Source: Vicugna vicugna (lineage: Eukaryota). Taken from it: a DNA stretch of 64,000 nucleotides. A program made the translations under genes and the position numbers. Below the pieces are notes generated by a model. It had not been told where the DNA came from, searched no databases, and was given only the letters and a program-made list of their open reading frames with translations. Below, piece by piece: positions 1-11,070 of this stretch. The stretch spans positions 4,207,535 through 4,271,534 of the forward strand of contig MU058844.1 in the NCBI GenBank assembly GCA_013265495.1, read 5' to 3'. Numbering within the stretch: position 1 is the first letter of the stretch; the number at the start of each line of letters is the position of its first letter.

Positions 1-1675
1 ATTACATTTAGAGAGTATACATATTTAGTATACTACATTTAGAGATTACATACACTTAGTATATATTAGAGTAATATCCATTTAATATTACTAGAAAAAA
101 TGCTGTACTTACCACTCATACTATACAATTTTATATGTAGCCTTTGTAATGATCTCAAACATTTTAAAACCAGCAATCTGCTATTCTGGGATTGATAAAT
201 AAAGACAAAAATAGAGAAAGAGTAATGAATAGGAAAGAAAAGAAATGCAAAATACATATTTATTTAGGGGCTGGGATTGAAGATAGCATGAAGATAATTT
301 TTATAATTTAAAAAAAAAAAAACTTCACCTGAAAGTTGAAAAAGCTGTGTCCACCGCTCAGTGGTTTAGCGCCAGCTTTGAAAAACTAAACCTAAGTCTG
401 GCTTTCATGCTTCAACAAGTACAATGAGCTGTACTGAGGCCAAGTGAACTTCCCCAGAGGCTTTGTCAGGATGTGGTGCCAGGGTTTCTGTCTTTCTTTC
501 TTTGGCTGACAGCATGGAATGAGATCTTGCTGCTGCTACTTCCTCAGTTGGGAGAAGCAATTGCTAGAACCTGACTGGGCAGTCAAGAGACAGGAGCTGC
601 TCAGTGGCTCGGAGGCTGTCATATGTGGATGGCCTCCGCTCAGCTTCTCCACCTGCCCCAGATATCTCTTTCATGCTACTCCCTCAATCCCCACTTCTCT
701 ACTCTCCACAGTGCCACTGTTCTTCAAACCCTCTCCCCTCACCACCTGTCTATATCCTTTTCATAGCCTTGTTAGGGAAACTGAAGATTGATAACCCTCT
801 TACCACAAATGGAGATAACTGTGGTGTGCCTGGGGGAGGCGGGTGTGGAAGCCACAGGGTATTCATTCATCCATTCTATGTTCAAGAACTATTTCTTGAG
901 TACAGGTGTCCCCCTCCAGCACTATCTGAAAGTAGAGCATTCCTAGGAAACCCTTCCTAAACCAAAATGGCTTCAAGCAAAGAAGCAATGACCTGAGGAC
1001 ACATCCTGCTAACGGATGCACAAAACAAATCGAGAGACAGCACAGAAGCTCACAGACCCTGTTCAAAGCTACAGCGGCAGCTTGATGCTGAGATGCTGAG
1101 CGTGGTCCCGGGGAAAGGAGCTTGGCGGTGCCACTCCCACTTCTGGGGGGTGTGTGCTACCTCTGGAGGCTTACTGCAAAACAAACACTGAATGCTGTTT
1201 CATAAAAGCAAAAATCCTCTTTGGATTACTTTCATTTGCTGAAAACAAGCACTAATGTAGGTCCTTCATAAAAGCCAAGTGGTGTAAACAGAACTTTGGA
1301 AAAGCAGAGGATACCCGTTTCTACTTTGTGCCAGGCTCTGTTCTAGGTACAGACACCTTTCACTGGTGGAGTACAGCAGTGAAAAAGATAGGCAAATCTC
1401 CGTGTCCTCAGGGAGCTCACATTCTACTGGGAGAAGACAGTAGCAGTAAGATCATTTCAGATAATGTAAAAGTTTACCAGGGAGAATAGAGAGTGACTGA
1501 CTGATCACTGCATCTAGGAGAAGACTGGTCAAGTTCTTCTAGGCTGTGCAAGTGAAGTATGCATTGTAAGCCTATGTTGTTCACTCTGTTGTCATATGAA
1601 TTCAGCTACTGAGAATGAAAAGAAGGCAGGAAACAGAAATACGCTATAATCTCTCTTTTCTCCTTTCCTCTATAG
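1..1675 (+). other. KITLG: 3' part of the last KITLG intron, with polypyrimidine tract (1651-1671) and AG acceptor (1674-1675)
   Basis: ctctcttttctcctttcctctatAG lies directly before sequence I recognise as the KITLG 3'UTR. Confidence 0.85.
1320..1495 (-). mobile_element. L2 3'-end fragment
   Basis: ctactttgtgccaggctctgttctagg...cctcagggagctcacattctactggg is typical of an antisense L2 tail. Confidence 0.65.
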
Positions 1676-4600
1676 GTGGGTAACAGTTCATGTTTGCTTC
1701 ATAAATGAAGCAGCTTTAAACAAATTCATATTCTGTCTGGAGTGACAGACCGCATCTTTATCTGTTCTTGCTACCCATGACTCTGTACGGATAATTCAGA
1801 AATTGGAGCAAAATATTTTACTGTGAAACTGGCACTGAATTAATCATCTGTAAAGAAGAACTTCCATGGAGCAGAACTCTATTTTTAAGGACCTGGGGGA
1901 CTTGTGGTCTCAGTTAGAACTTGCAAGTGACCTTGGGAGAGAGAGCACGAGTCCCAGACTGCACCCACCATTTTGCATGCCTCCAGAAACGTCTCATCGC
2001 TGAAAAACCACATAGCTTGATTTGACAGTTACAACCTGCAGTTCATAGTTATCTTGGTCCATGCCAGTAGATTTCAGCCTGGATAGTGGGGATTATTTTT
2101 TTTTTTATCAAAGGGATCTAGAAAAACCAAAAAAAAAAAACAAGAACTTAGTAGCATCAGCCACTGTTCGTTTAGAAAGCAGTGGGGACAAAGTGTGGGT
2201 GTAGGTGCCACATCAGCCTTAGAGCTGCTGATGGATGAATGATATGGATCTGAGCTTGGTCTCTTCCTGACACAAAGCATGCTCACCCACATCCCACTAT
2301 GGATGGACATGGTTGGCTGATTCTGTCCCTGCAGGGAGCCAGGACTGAATTACAACAGAGAAGCCTTTGCAGAGGAGAGATTCCGAAAGCGTCATCACAC
2401 GAAGAAGCTACGGACACCAACCAGCAGGACAGTCAGCTGAGGGGGACATCTGGCACCCCTGGTGAAGTCAGCCTTTTCCCTTGACCACTATAGAGTGTAT
2501 AAATCGTGCTTGCGAAATATACTACAAAATGTTTATATTCTAAAACTATTACAGAGTTATGTATGTAAAGGGACTTAGGAGAAACTGCTGAATATACGAG
2601 GGTCCCGTTTTTGATTTCTGCTGTGGGAGAAAGTAAAAATAACTTATGATATTTAGTCTCTAAGGTTAGAAAACCACACCCACACACTATGGGTGCTGAA
2701 AACTAGGTGACTTGGCTTTTACAAGAATGCAAGGAATCAGGAAACCAGTTATTTATCATATAATCACCACTATCTGTTTAAAGGATCCATTTATTTAAAA
2801 TCAGGCACTCTGTATTCATTATGGTTTATGAATTAAAAATAAAAACAGAGCTTTATGTAGTAATGCATGTCAGTTTGCTATTAAAATGTGTGAGAGCATT
2901 TTTGTCATATTGAGTGAACTTGGCAGGAATTCCCAAGATGGACATTGTGCTTTTAAACCAGAACTTAGAAGACATAAAGTGAATTTCCCTTGCCAATTTT
3001 TTTTTTATATAGAAGGAACATCTGATAAGATCAAAGAATGATCTCCCATGGTTTATTTTGATGAGGATTCTTTTAATTGATCATGAACATACATATAAAA
3101 GAATCCAAAGCTTTCCATTTCTAACTTAATCCTTGTGATAACATCATTGCCATGTATTACTGCCATCAGATGACCATTTTCAATACAGTGATACAAAAAG
3201 GCAGGAAAAACTATTACCTTTCTTTAATTTCAAAAGCCCAAGAATTTCTAGTATAGTTGGGTTTTATCTTAAGCTCAAAGCTAATCCAAATACAACTCCA
3301 GTAAGTGGCCTTTGCTCTTTTTTTTTTTTTTTAACCAAAGAGCCCAGATGATTTCCACAACCCCTTTCTTCTCTAAAGTGCTGTGGTTCCTCAAACAAAC
3401 ATTAGTCATTTATCTAAGCTACAACCCAGGCAGATGCTTTGAGAAGCTGTATTAACTTGTTCAGGCCCTCAAATATACCATGGTACAATGATTATATCTA
3501 ATAAAACCAGAGATCAATTTAATTGCTGGACAGACCTTTCTCTATGTGATGTTGTTTTGAGGAAAATAGGTATAGATTCATATGAGTATGTGTGTAGGTC
3601 ATGTGTAGGTCGAGAAGATTGATACTTCTCATTCTAATAGTTTATTTCACCAGTGGTTTTGATTTTCTTAGGTATGTGAAGAAACTGCTTAATGAGCTTG
3701 AGAGTAAAATAAATGTGCTTTTGCTCTCAAAGCTAGTAGCTGGGTTTTAACACTCAAGGACATGGTCCTAATCAATAGAGCTAAGTAAACAAATTCAGCA
3801 AGTTATGAAATCTGGCATGGTAGCTGAGGGGAGATGGATTCTACCTAATTAGCTGTATGGGTTCATTGAGAGTTGTGTGGATGACCAATTTTTTAAACAC
3901 TAAAATTAAATAAACTACACAAACAACAGAAAAATGCTGAACATTATTTTGGATGTTAGCCGCTTGGGAATTAACAGTCATATCTGCTTTGAGATTAAAA
4001 ATATATACATGTATCTTTGCTTTATTTTATCCACTATGCATTCTGAATATCCTTCATAAATCATGGAAAGCTTACAACTGACATCGTAAACCGTGAAGTC
4101 AATTTTTACATTGGTGCCGTGTATCTGATAGTCCTCTTTTGTAATGTTTCTAATGTCTTTTAAAATGATCTCAGAAGCCTGCAGATTTTAAATTATACTA
4201 AAAGCTTTGCACCTCTTTGGTAGAACCCAAGTCTATAAAGAAACTGGCTCTGTGATAAACAGTGCATGCCCAGTGATAGAGAAATGTTGCTGGATTTTGT
4301 ATTATAATCTAATGTTCTTACCACACTGCTACTTCTTAGTGAGTCAGAGACAAGCTGACTTTTTTCAACACGTTAACAGAATGAGTACCCTGTTCTCTTT
4401 GAAAAGGATGAAGTCCGTGAAAAATGAAAATGTATGATCAGTATGTCCATGATGAAATGTTTGCTTTTAGCAAGAATTAAAGTACTTTGGAGAAACTTAG
4501 TGGCATATTTTGGTACTCAAATTCAAATGAAGTTTTAAATTAACAGAAAAATTCATTCAGAATTCATGGATATTTCTTAATGCCTTTCTGCAGCTAAATT

Positions 4601-6044
4601 TTGGTTTCAAAATGTAATTTCAGTATGGGGCCTTTGGCCATTCCCTATCTATTCTAGTTTAACTAAGAAATAAATTTTTCAGAAAGGCAGTTTGACATAG
4701 TAGGATGGATGTTGGGGGAAACATTGTCAGGAGCCTCCAGTCTGCCCTTAGCTGATACTGGTAAATCACTGCTCTTCTTTAGATCTAAGTGTTTTATTTC
4801 TCTGTATGGTGAAGTCAGAGGTCATACCTTAGGTGTGAGAGAAACCTACTGGTATGTGACTGACAAAGATTTTAAAATAGAGTTGAAACTATCCCTTACA
4901 AAATGCCCAACTTTGATCTCTGTGAAGAAGCCTAAAAAGTCTGTGGTTCTTGTTTGTTCTGTAAATAGGGTCTATTAGCAGAAGTGAAATTCAGTCTCCT
5001 GTAAGGTGAATTGGGTAACCATTTACACAAGAGATGGCTTTTTTCCTTTGCTGAAATAAACATTTTTGGATCACCTCTGAAGAATAAAAACCAGGAGTGC
5101 ATTTTGCCTAGGAAAATTTGCTATGCGTGTAATGTTTGGAAGTGTACCAAATTAAGCATTTAAATGCTCTCATTTTATTAAAAGCCCAAAGCAGAAATGT
5201 AAGATGTTCATAAAGTTTTTAAGTGCCAAGAGACAATTTTGAATGGAAATGGGTAGACCATAAATTACATTTTAAAATTGGAACATGAGATAAGAATTTT
5301 AAAGAAAGCCAGCTTGTCTTTGAAACAGTATTATTTGGAAATTGGCATTGAAAGATAAGCATTCACATTGAAATTCCACCCAGTTCACTTGTGGTGTTTG
5401 ATCACATAATTTATGATGTTGCTGGAAACGCCTTTGTTTGTAAAGATACAATAATGGTACTTTTGTTTCCTAACAAGGTATTGTTTTAGAAATAATCCAT
5501 ATTAAAATGGATATTCATGATCCTAAAATGTTTCCTAAGCATTGTAAATTTATAACTGCCATCTCCCATTACATCCTTTTTATGTTGTTTTTAAAAATAA
5601 AATTTGTTTAAAAAACATAGTAGTTTCAGTTACTTGATTTCTGAGCTGTAAGACTCACTAAATAAAAGTTTCCAATCAGAATATCCTATTCTCTTATATT
5701 CTAAGGATTAATGTGTGATTATAGTGTCCACTTGCCACTATTGTCAAATCAATGGACTTAAAGTATTCAGACATTTAGATGAATGCACAGATATTTGCTA
5801 GTTCAGTCCTAGATTGGAGTTTGCATATTGTCATGTATGTCAACACTATTCTAAATAGTTTTATTATGACTGAAGTTTAATTAAATAGAAAAGTTTGTAA
5901 AATGTGATGTGTATGTGTATGTACTGTATGTGTACTTTTTAAAATAGGTATATGTCCCGATCCTTTTTTATACAGGTTTGAATTTGAAATTACATTATAT
6001 ATACATATACTTTATTGTTCTAAATAAAGAATTTTATGCACTCA
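1676..6044 (+). other. KITLG: KITLG terminal exon, entirely 3'UTR (~4.37 kb)
   Basis: Starts GTGGGTAACAGTTCATGTTTGCTTCATAAATGAAGCAGCTTTAAACAAATTCATATTCTGTCTGGAGTGACAGAC and ends TACTTTATTGTTCTAAATAAAGAATTTTATGCACTC. Both ends and many internal blocks match my recall of the human KITLG mRNA 3'UTR. The stretch is nearly repeat-free and has no credible ORF. Confidence 0.9.
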
Positions 6045-6067
6045 TAAAATTTGCCCTGTCCTTTGCT
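5896..6067 (+). terminator. KITLG: Distal cleavage/polyadenylation signal of KITLG
   Basis: AATAAA at 6023-6028; six TGTA (CFIm) motifs at 5896-5934; CA at 6043-6044 as likely cleavage site; U/GU-rich downstream stretch at ~6050-6067. Confidence 0.85.
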
Positions 6068-6181
6068 AACATGTTGAGCATTTACAAGCTAAAATCAAGG
6101 AAACATCATTAATCACGATTTTATTGTAATATGGACACAAGGAGATAAGAAATCACTTTAGTTCAGTAAGTACTGGTTTAA

Positions 6182-6243
6182 GTAATCAAGGAAGATATAT
6201 AAGGTAATCAAGGAAGATAGATAAGGTAATCAAGGAAGACAGA
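6182..6243. repeat. 22-bp tandem repeat, ~2.8 copies
   Basis: GTAATCAAGGAAGATA(T/G)ATAAG units start at 6182, 6204 and 6226. Confidence 0.95.
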
Positions 6244-6399
6244 GTCGAATTAACACAATGTTTGATCTATAACTTAGGGAGAAGATAGGAAAACCACTGT
6301 AGTCTGCATGAAGCCATGGTGAAGTAACTGCCTCAGGACAACACTGAGGTCCGGCTAATGTGCTTGGGGCATGCAAGAAGGAGAAACGGACAGGCTAGG

Positions 6400-7245
6400 G
6401 AGGATCCTGGAGGAGTTGGCATTTGGGCTAAGACTTAAAAGGATGAGGCAGATTTTGACAAAGGAGGAGAATTATGCCCAGCCTGAGCAGTGTTTTCCAA
6501 AGCAAGAAATTGTAAACATTTCTCAGCTGATTCCATCAAATCAAACTATTGTGTCTTGAGCATGTAATGCATAAAGAGATGCACAGTGAGATGAGGCCAG
6601 AGCCTTGAATACCACAGCAAGGAAGGCAGACATTACTTTCAGGGCCATAGGGAGCCACTGCCTGTTTCTAAGAAGAATGGAATGGAACGGCAAGGTCGAA
6701 CACCATTACAGCTTATATGATTTAGGTAATAAATCATCATCCTGTTTAACCCCTGGTTGGTTTTGACTCTTGAGACCACACCCTCCAGCTCTATGGCACC
6801 ACACTTATTCACCCACCATTTCTTTCCAGTTTCTTTGCTGATTCTCCCTCCTCTGCTCACGCTTTGTATCGCAGACTTCCACCAACAGAAGCCTAGATGA
6901 TGATAACCCCATAACTGATCACACTCTCCCACTACTTAGGCCCTTTTTCAATCAGTTCCTCACATAAGAGGACATCTAATAATATTTTTCTCTGGTTAAA
7001 ACACTGAAATGGTTTTTCATTAGTTTCACAATAAAACCCAAACTCCTCAAAATGGTTTACAAGGCCCTTCTCCACTCATCTCATAATTTTGAGGGTGGAG
7101 GGACGGTTGCTAATTATTTGTTTTCCCTTTTAAGCTAAAAACAGCCTGAAAGCTAGGACCATGAATACTTGTATCACTGCATCCCCCCAGTTTAATACAA
7201 ACAGTAATGTATGGAACAAAATTTGATCTGAATAGATGTTCAATA
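6400..7245. mobile_element. Degraded L2 fragments (antisense ~6400-6720, sense ~6760-7245)
   Basis: L2-like phrases such as ataaaacccaaactcctcaaaatggtttacaaggccct and ggccatagggagccactg. Confidence 0.5.
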
Positions 7246-7264
7246 AGTTAAAAGTTATTTTCTA

Positions 7265-7590
7265 AAACTTTTTTATTATGGACAATTTGAAAAACACACA
7301 AAAGCAGAATAGTGCAATGAACCTCCGTGTAACCATAACCTAGCTTCAATCTTAGTCAGCTCCTAAATGATCTTATTTGTCTCCTACCTTTATCCCTTAT
7401 CCACTCCCCCTTTCATATTATTTTTAAGCTAATATCTATAAATATTTGATCTGTAAATATATGTGTATCTCTAAATTGTAACTTTTAAAACATAACCACA
7501 CTATCCTTGTCACACCTAAGAAAAACTAACAATTGTTCCGTAATATCAAAGATCCCGTAAGTATTCACACTTTGTCTAACTGCATTATAC
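7265..7590 (-). mobile_element. Ancient L1 3'UTR fragment (L1MC4/5-like)
   Basis: aaactttttattatggacaattt...aatgaacctccgtgtaacc...ttttaaaacataaccacact. Confidence 0.6.
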
Positions 7591-8029
7591 ATTGTAATGT
7601 ACTACAACGGGGTATAAAATAAAGGTGAACGTCTCCCTTCAACATCAAAGTTAGTTCCTCTAGAGGAAAACACTTATTTCTCGTTTAACCCTCAGAAAAA
7701 CTGTGTGTATACATATTTACGCAGTACTATTCTCTAATCTCACCCTTTTCTATTAGAAGAATGTGTAGCACTCTGCATCAGCCCAAATAAACCAGGAAAT
7801 TATGGATGGACACTGAGATTGTAATGTAAGGTGTGCCCTTTGGGATTTCAGTCCATAACTAGCAAAATCCAATGCACTTTCAGAACTTCTTCAAAATTTA
7901 AATGAGGCTCTTCCGAGGGTGTTTCTGCCTCTTCGGGGCCCTCTCAGTTGGTAGCTGTGTTTCCTCCATAACTGACACTAGGTTTGGAAGTGGGTTCTCT
8001 GCTCCTTATTGCTGCTTCTGGACCATTCT

Positions 8030-8935
8030 TTTCTCTTCCCTAAACCCTCCCAGATTTGAATCTCATGTTTTCAGATTACAGACCTACTGCCACTTGTTGC
8101 TTTCCTGTACTAACTTCCAGGTTCTTTCCCCTCATTTCCTGATGGTCTTAGCACCTAGTTCACTATCACTCACTCATTTGTACTCCTGTCTTAATTCTCA
8201 GGAATTTGATATACACATAGACGATCTTTTCAACATCATGTCCTTTCAGGTCTTTGAAATGTCTCTCCAGTGAGCCAGTCCTCAACACTACCCTAGCCAT
8301 TTTGTCTAATTGTCATCCTGTAGACTTTGTCATTGCCATTAACAGCAACCCATTCATATCTCAATTCCATGTATCCCAGCTCTCATCACCACTTTGCATC
8401 TTCCCCATTTACTCCTCTATGGATTTAATTCCAGCAATCCTTTGATCGACAGGGCCTGTCAACCTATTGAGTCTACCATTTTCTGTCAATCTTTAATATC
8501 CCCTCTTCTCTCCTTACACAAGTTAAAATTCATATCCAGCACTATCATTCTCTTGCATACACCTTTTTCTCCCTTGATCCCTCTCATTTCCTAATATTGG
8601 CTTAGTAAATGATGTCCCTTCTCAAACCCAGTTCTCCATGCACTCTGTCTGTATTTATTTGGCTAAACATGGCTGGAGTACAATATACCATCATGCCTGC
8701 TGGTTTCTCTATAAATCCCTTCCCATGAACTTCAAGTGGGTCCTAATGCTGCTCAACAATTATACTCTATTTCCCTAATCTATTCACTTTTCCATTCTCA
8801 TAGCTTAATAGTTCATATACTTATTTTCTCTCCCAAACCATGCACCTCATTCCCTATTCTCACTCTTAGCAACCTTGGTTACTAGTTCACCTTGAAAACT
8901 GAAAAATAAAAGAGAACTTCCAAAGACTCCTAACA
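8030..8935 (+). mobile_element. L2 internal ORF2 fossil (APE endonuclease region)
   Basis: Decayed motifs VAFLY*LPG (cf. YRPPG), EFDIHIDD (cf. GDFNIHVDD) and CHPVDFVI (cf. GHTLDLVI) occur in the expected order. Confidence 0.75.
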
Positions 8936-9560
8936 CCTGGCAGCTGATTTTCTGCAAAGGTGAAGAGGTTAAACTTTTGGTCCTCACTTATATAGGTCTT
9001 TTATAAGTTGTAGGAGGGGGCCTAGCAATGTATTCACATAGAAATGTATTTTTATAAAATTTGCTGTCACGTCCACTTATCTTTAAGGTATTAGTAGGTG
9101 TTCTGGTGTGGCCATGGCTTCCAGTGGGAGTGATCACTGTGCCAGTTCACCTGGGCATCATGACCCAAAGGTGTAGGGTCAGAGGCTACATCAAGATGCC
9201 CTGGTGAATGTGACCCGTGGACTTGCCACCAGAAGTCTGGGTGATGGAGGAGAAACAAGGTTTAAAATGGAGTCAGAAGCTAGTTAATGGAAAATCTCAC
9301 AGTCATCACAGTCACCTGTATAAACTGTGATTATAGTGGAAGACTCAGGTTTCATTAATGCCTCGTCAAAACAGTAGATTTCCTCAACCAGAAAATACTC
9401 AGTAACGTAGGGTACACATTCATAAAGAAACCATACTTTTTTTTTTCTCCTAATGGCGAAGAAACACAATCGAATGTAACAAAACTGCCATGGTTCTAGA
9501 ACCAGAAAACCTGTATGTGAGGTCACGTGTTTTAGCTTTCTCAATACATTCATCTTAAGA
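8936..9560 (+). mobile_element. hAT-Tip100 DNA transposon (Arthur1/MER69-like), 5' part
   Basis: ggagggggcctagcaatgtattcacat...ttttataaaatttgc and gatggaggagaaacaaggtttaaaat...cagaagctag match the recalled Arthur1 consensus; shares blocks with 42131-42800. Confidence 0.7.
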
Positions 9561-9564
9561 AGTG

Positions 9565-10485
9565 CACCTCATTGTACATCCACCATGACAGTCTCATACA
9601 GAATTGTTTCACTGCGCTAAAAATCCCTTGTGCTTTACAGATTCAGTGATCCTCCCCTCCACCGTACTTCTGGAAACCACTGATTTTTTAGTTGTCTTTA
9701 TATTATAGTTTTTACTTTTTCCAGAATGTCATAGAATTGAAATCCTATAATAGAAATGAAATCCTATGTATGTAGTCTTTTCAGATTGGCTTCTTTCATT
9801 TAGCAATGTGTATTTAAGATCCATCTATGTCTTTCATGGCTTGATAGCTCATTTCTTTTTATCACTGAATAATATTTCATTGTATGGATAGAGCATGGTT
9901 GGTTTATCCATTCACCTATTAAGGACATCTTACCTGTGTTCAATTTTCAGTGATTATGAATAAAGCTGTCAAAATATCCAATTTTTTGTGGACATAAGTT
10001 TTCAAATAATTGGGTAAATACTTAGAAGAGTAATTACTGGACTATATGGTAAGACTGTTTAGGTTTGTAAGAAAACGCAAACTGTCTTCTAACATGGCTG
10101 TACTATTTAGCATTCCCAGCAGCTATAGAGTGAGAGGTCCTGCTGGCTGGCAATTGTTATTGTCAGTTTTTTTTTTTTAATTTTAGCTATTCTAATAGGT
10201 AGGTAATAATATATCATTATTGTTTTAATTTGCAGTTCCCTGATGACAAATGAGCATCTTTTCATATGCTTATTTGCCATCTGTATATCTTCTTTGCTCA
10301 GATGTCTGTTCAAATCTTTTGTCCATTATTTTTAAATTGGACTGTTTTCTTATTGTTGAATTTTAAGAGTTCTTTGCATATTTTAGATACAAGACGTCTA
10401 TTAGAAATCTATTTTGCACATATTTTCTATCAGTCTGTGGCTTGTCTTTTCATTCTCTTAACAGTGTCTTTTGTAGAGCAGCTGC
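9565..10485 (-). mobile_element. L1MC/MD-type LINE (ORF2 end plus 3'UTR)
   Basis: ORF 10107-10313 [21 protein letters not shown] is the L1 ORF2 C-terminal region; the 3'UTR has L1MC-type phrases. Confidence 0.9.
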
Positions 10486-10489
10486 AAGG

Positions 10490-11070
10490 ATTTCTTTTTT
10501 AATGCATGTAAGAACACAGGGTATGTATCCTGCTCAATTCATTTCTGTAATCTCATCAGAGTAAAAGCAGTTTACATGGTACCTAAAATTGCTGATTATT
10601 TTGGTATTTTGCAACTGTAATATCTTTTTCTTTTCAGAGTCCTCTTGTTGACAGAGTATTTTAAACACATGCAAACTTGGACTTTCTAACATGTTTTTGT
10701 GTAACAAGATGGTCTTCCCAGTATAAGGCTGTTGGGACATAATGACATTTTAAAGACTTCTAACATATATTTTTAAAGATTCAAAACAAAAAGTCAAAAC
10801 ACATAAGAGGAACAAATTGATAAAATTTGGACACATCATTTAACTCCAATTTGGAAAGATATTTTGGAAAGGTTCAAAAAAACAATTGAGAAATTAAAAC
10901 TCCTGATTCAAACATGTTAAATAGATATAAAGAATTCTTCTCCATCATCTTTGTATTTATTTATTAAAGAACTGAAAAATTACTTAAATAAAAAATAAAA
11001 ATATGAACCAAGGTCAATAAAGATGATTGAGGAAATAAATCTAAATGACTCTATGACATTAAGGAGCAAA
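10490..11070 (+). pseudogene. Fossil hAT (Tip100-group) transposase fragment
   Basis: Manual translation: 10522 YVSCSIHFCNLIRVKAV (CxxH..NL motif), 10698 CVTRWSSQYKAV (TRW motif), 10849 IWKDILERFKKTIEKLK. Stops and frameshifts separate the blocks. Confidence 0.75.

Noticed and set aside
1..95. AT-rich quasi-repeat (tacatttagaga twice)
   Set aside because: Short, low-complexity and cut by the window edge; no interpretable structure.
519..1066. ORFs 519-791, 604-960 and 863-1066 as possible exons or genes
   Set aside because: They lie in the inferred KITLG last intron, overlap in different frames and resemble neither KITLG protein nor any family I recognise.
6182..6243. Direct repeats as a CRISPR-like array
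   Set aside because: Head-to-tail units without unique spacers, in mammalian DNA with no cas genes.
8940..9302. First read as an antisense ERV LTR because of aaaatggagtc
   Set aside because: The wider sequence fits the Arthur1-like hAT 5' region better and shares blocks with 42131-42800.
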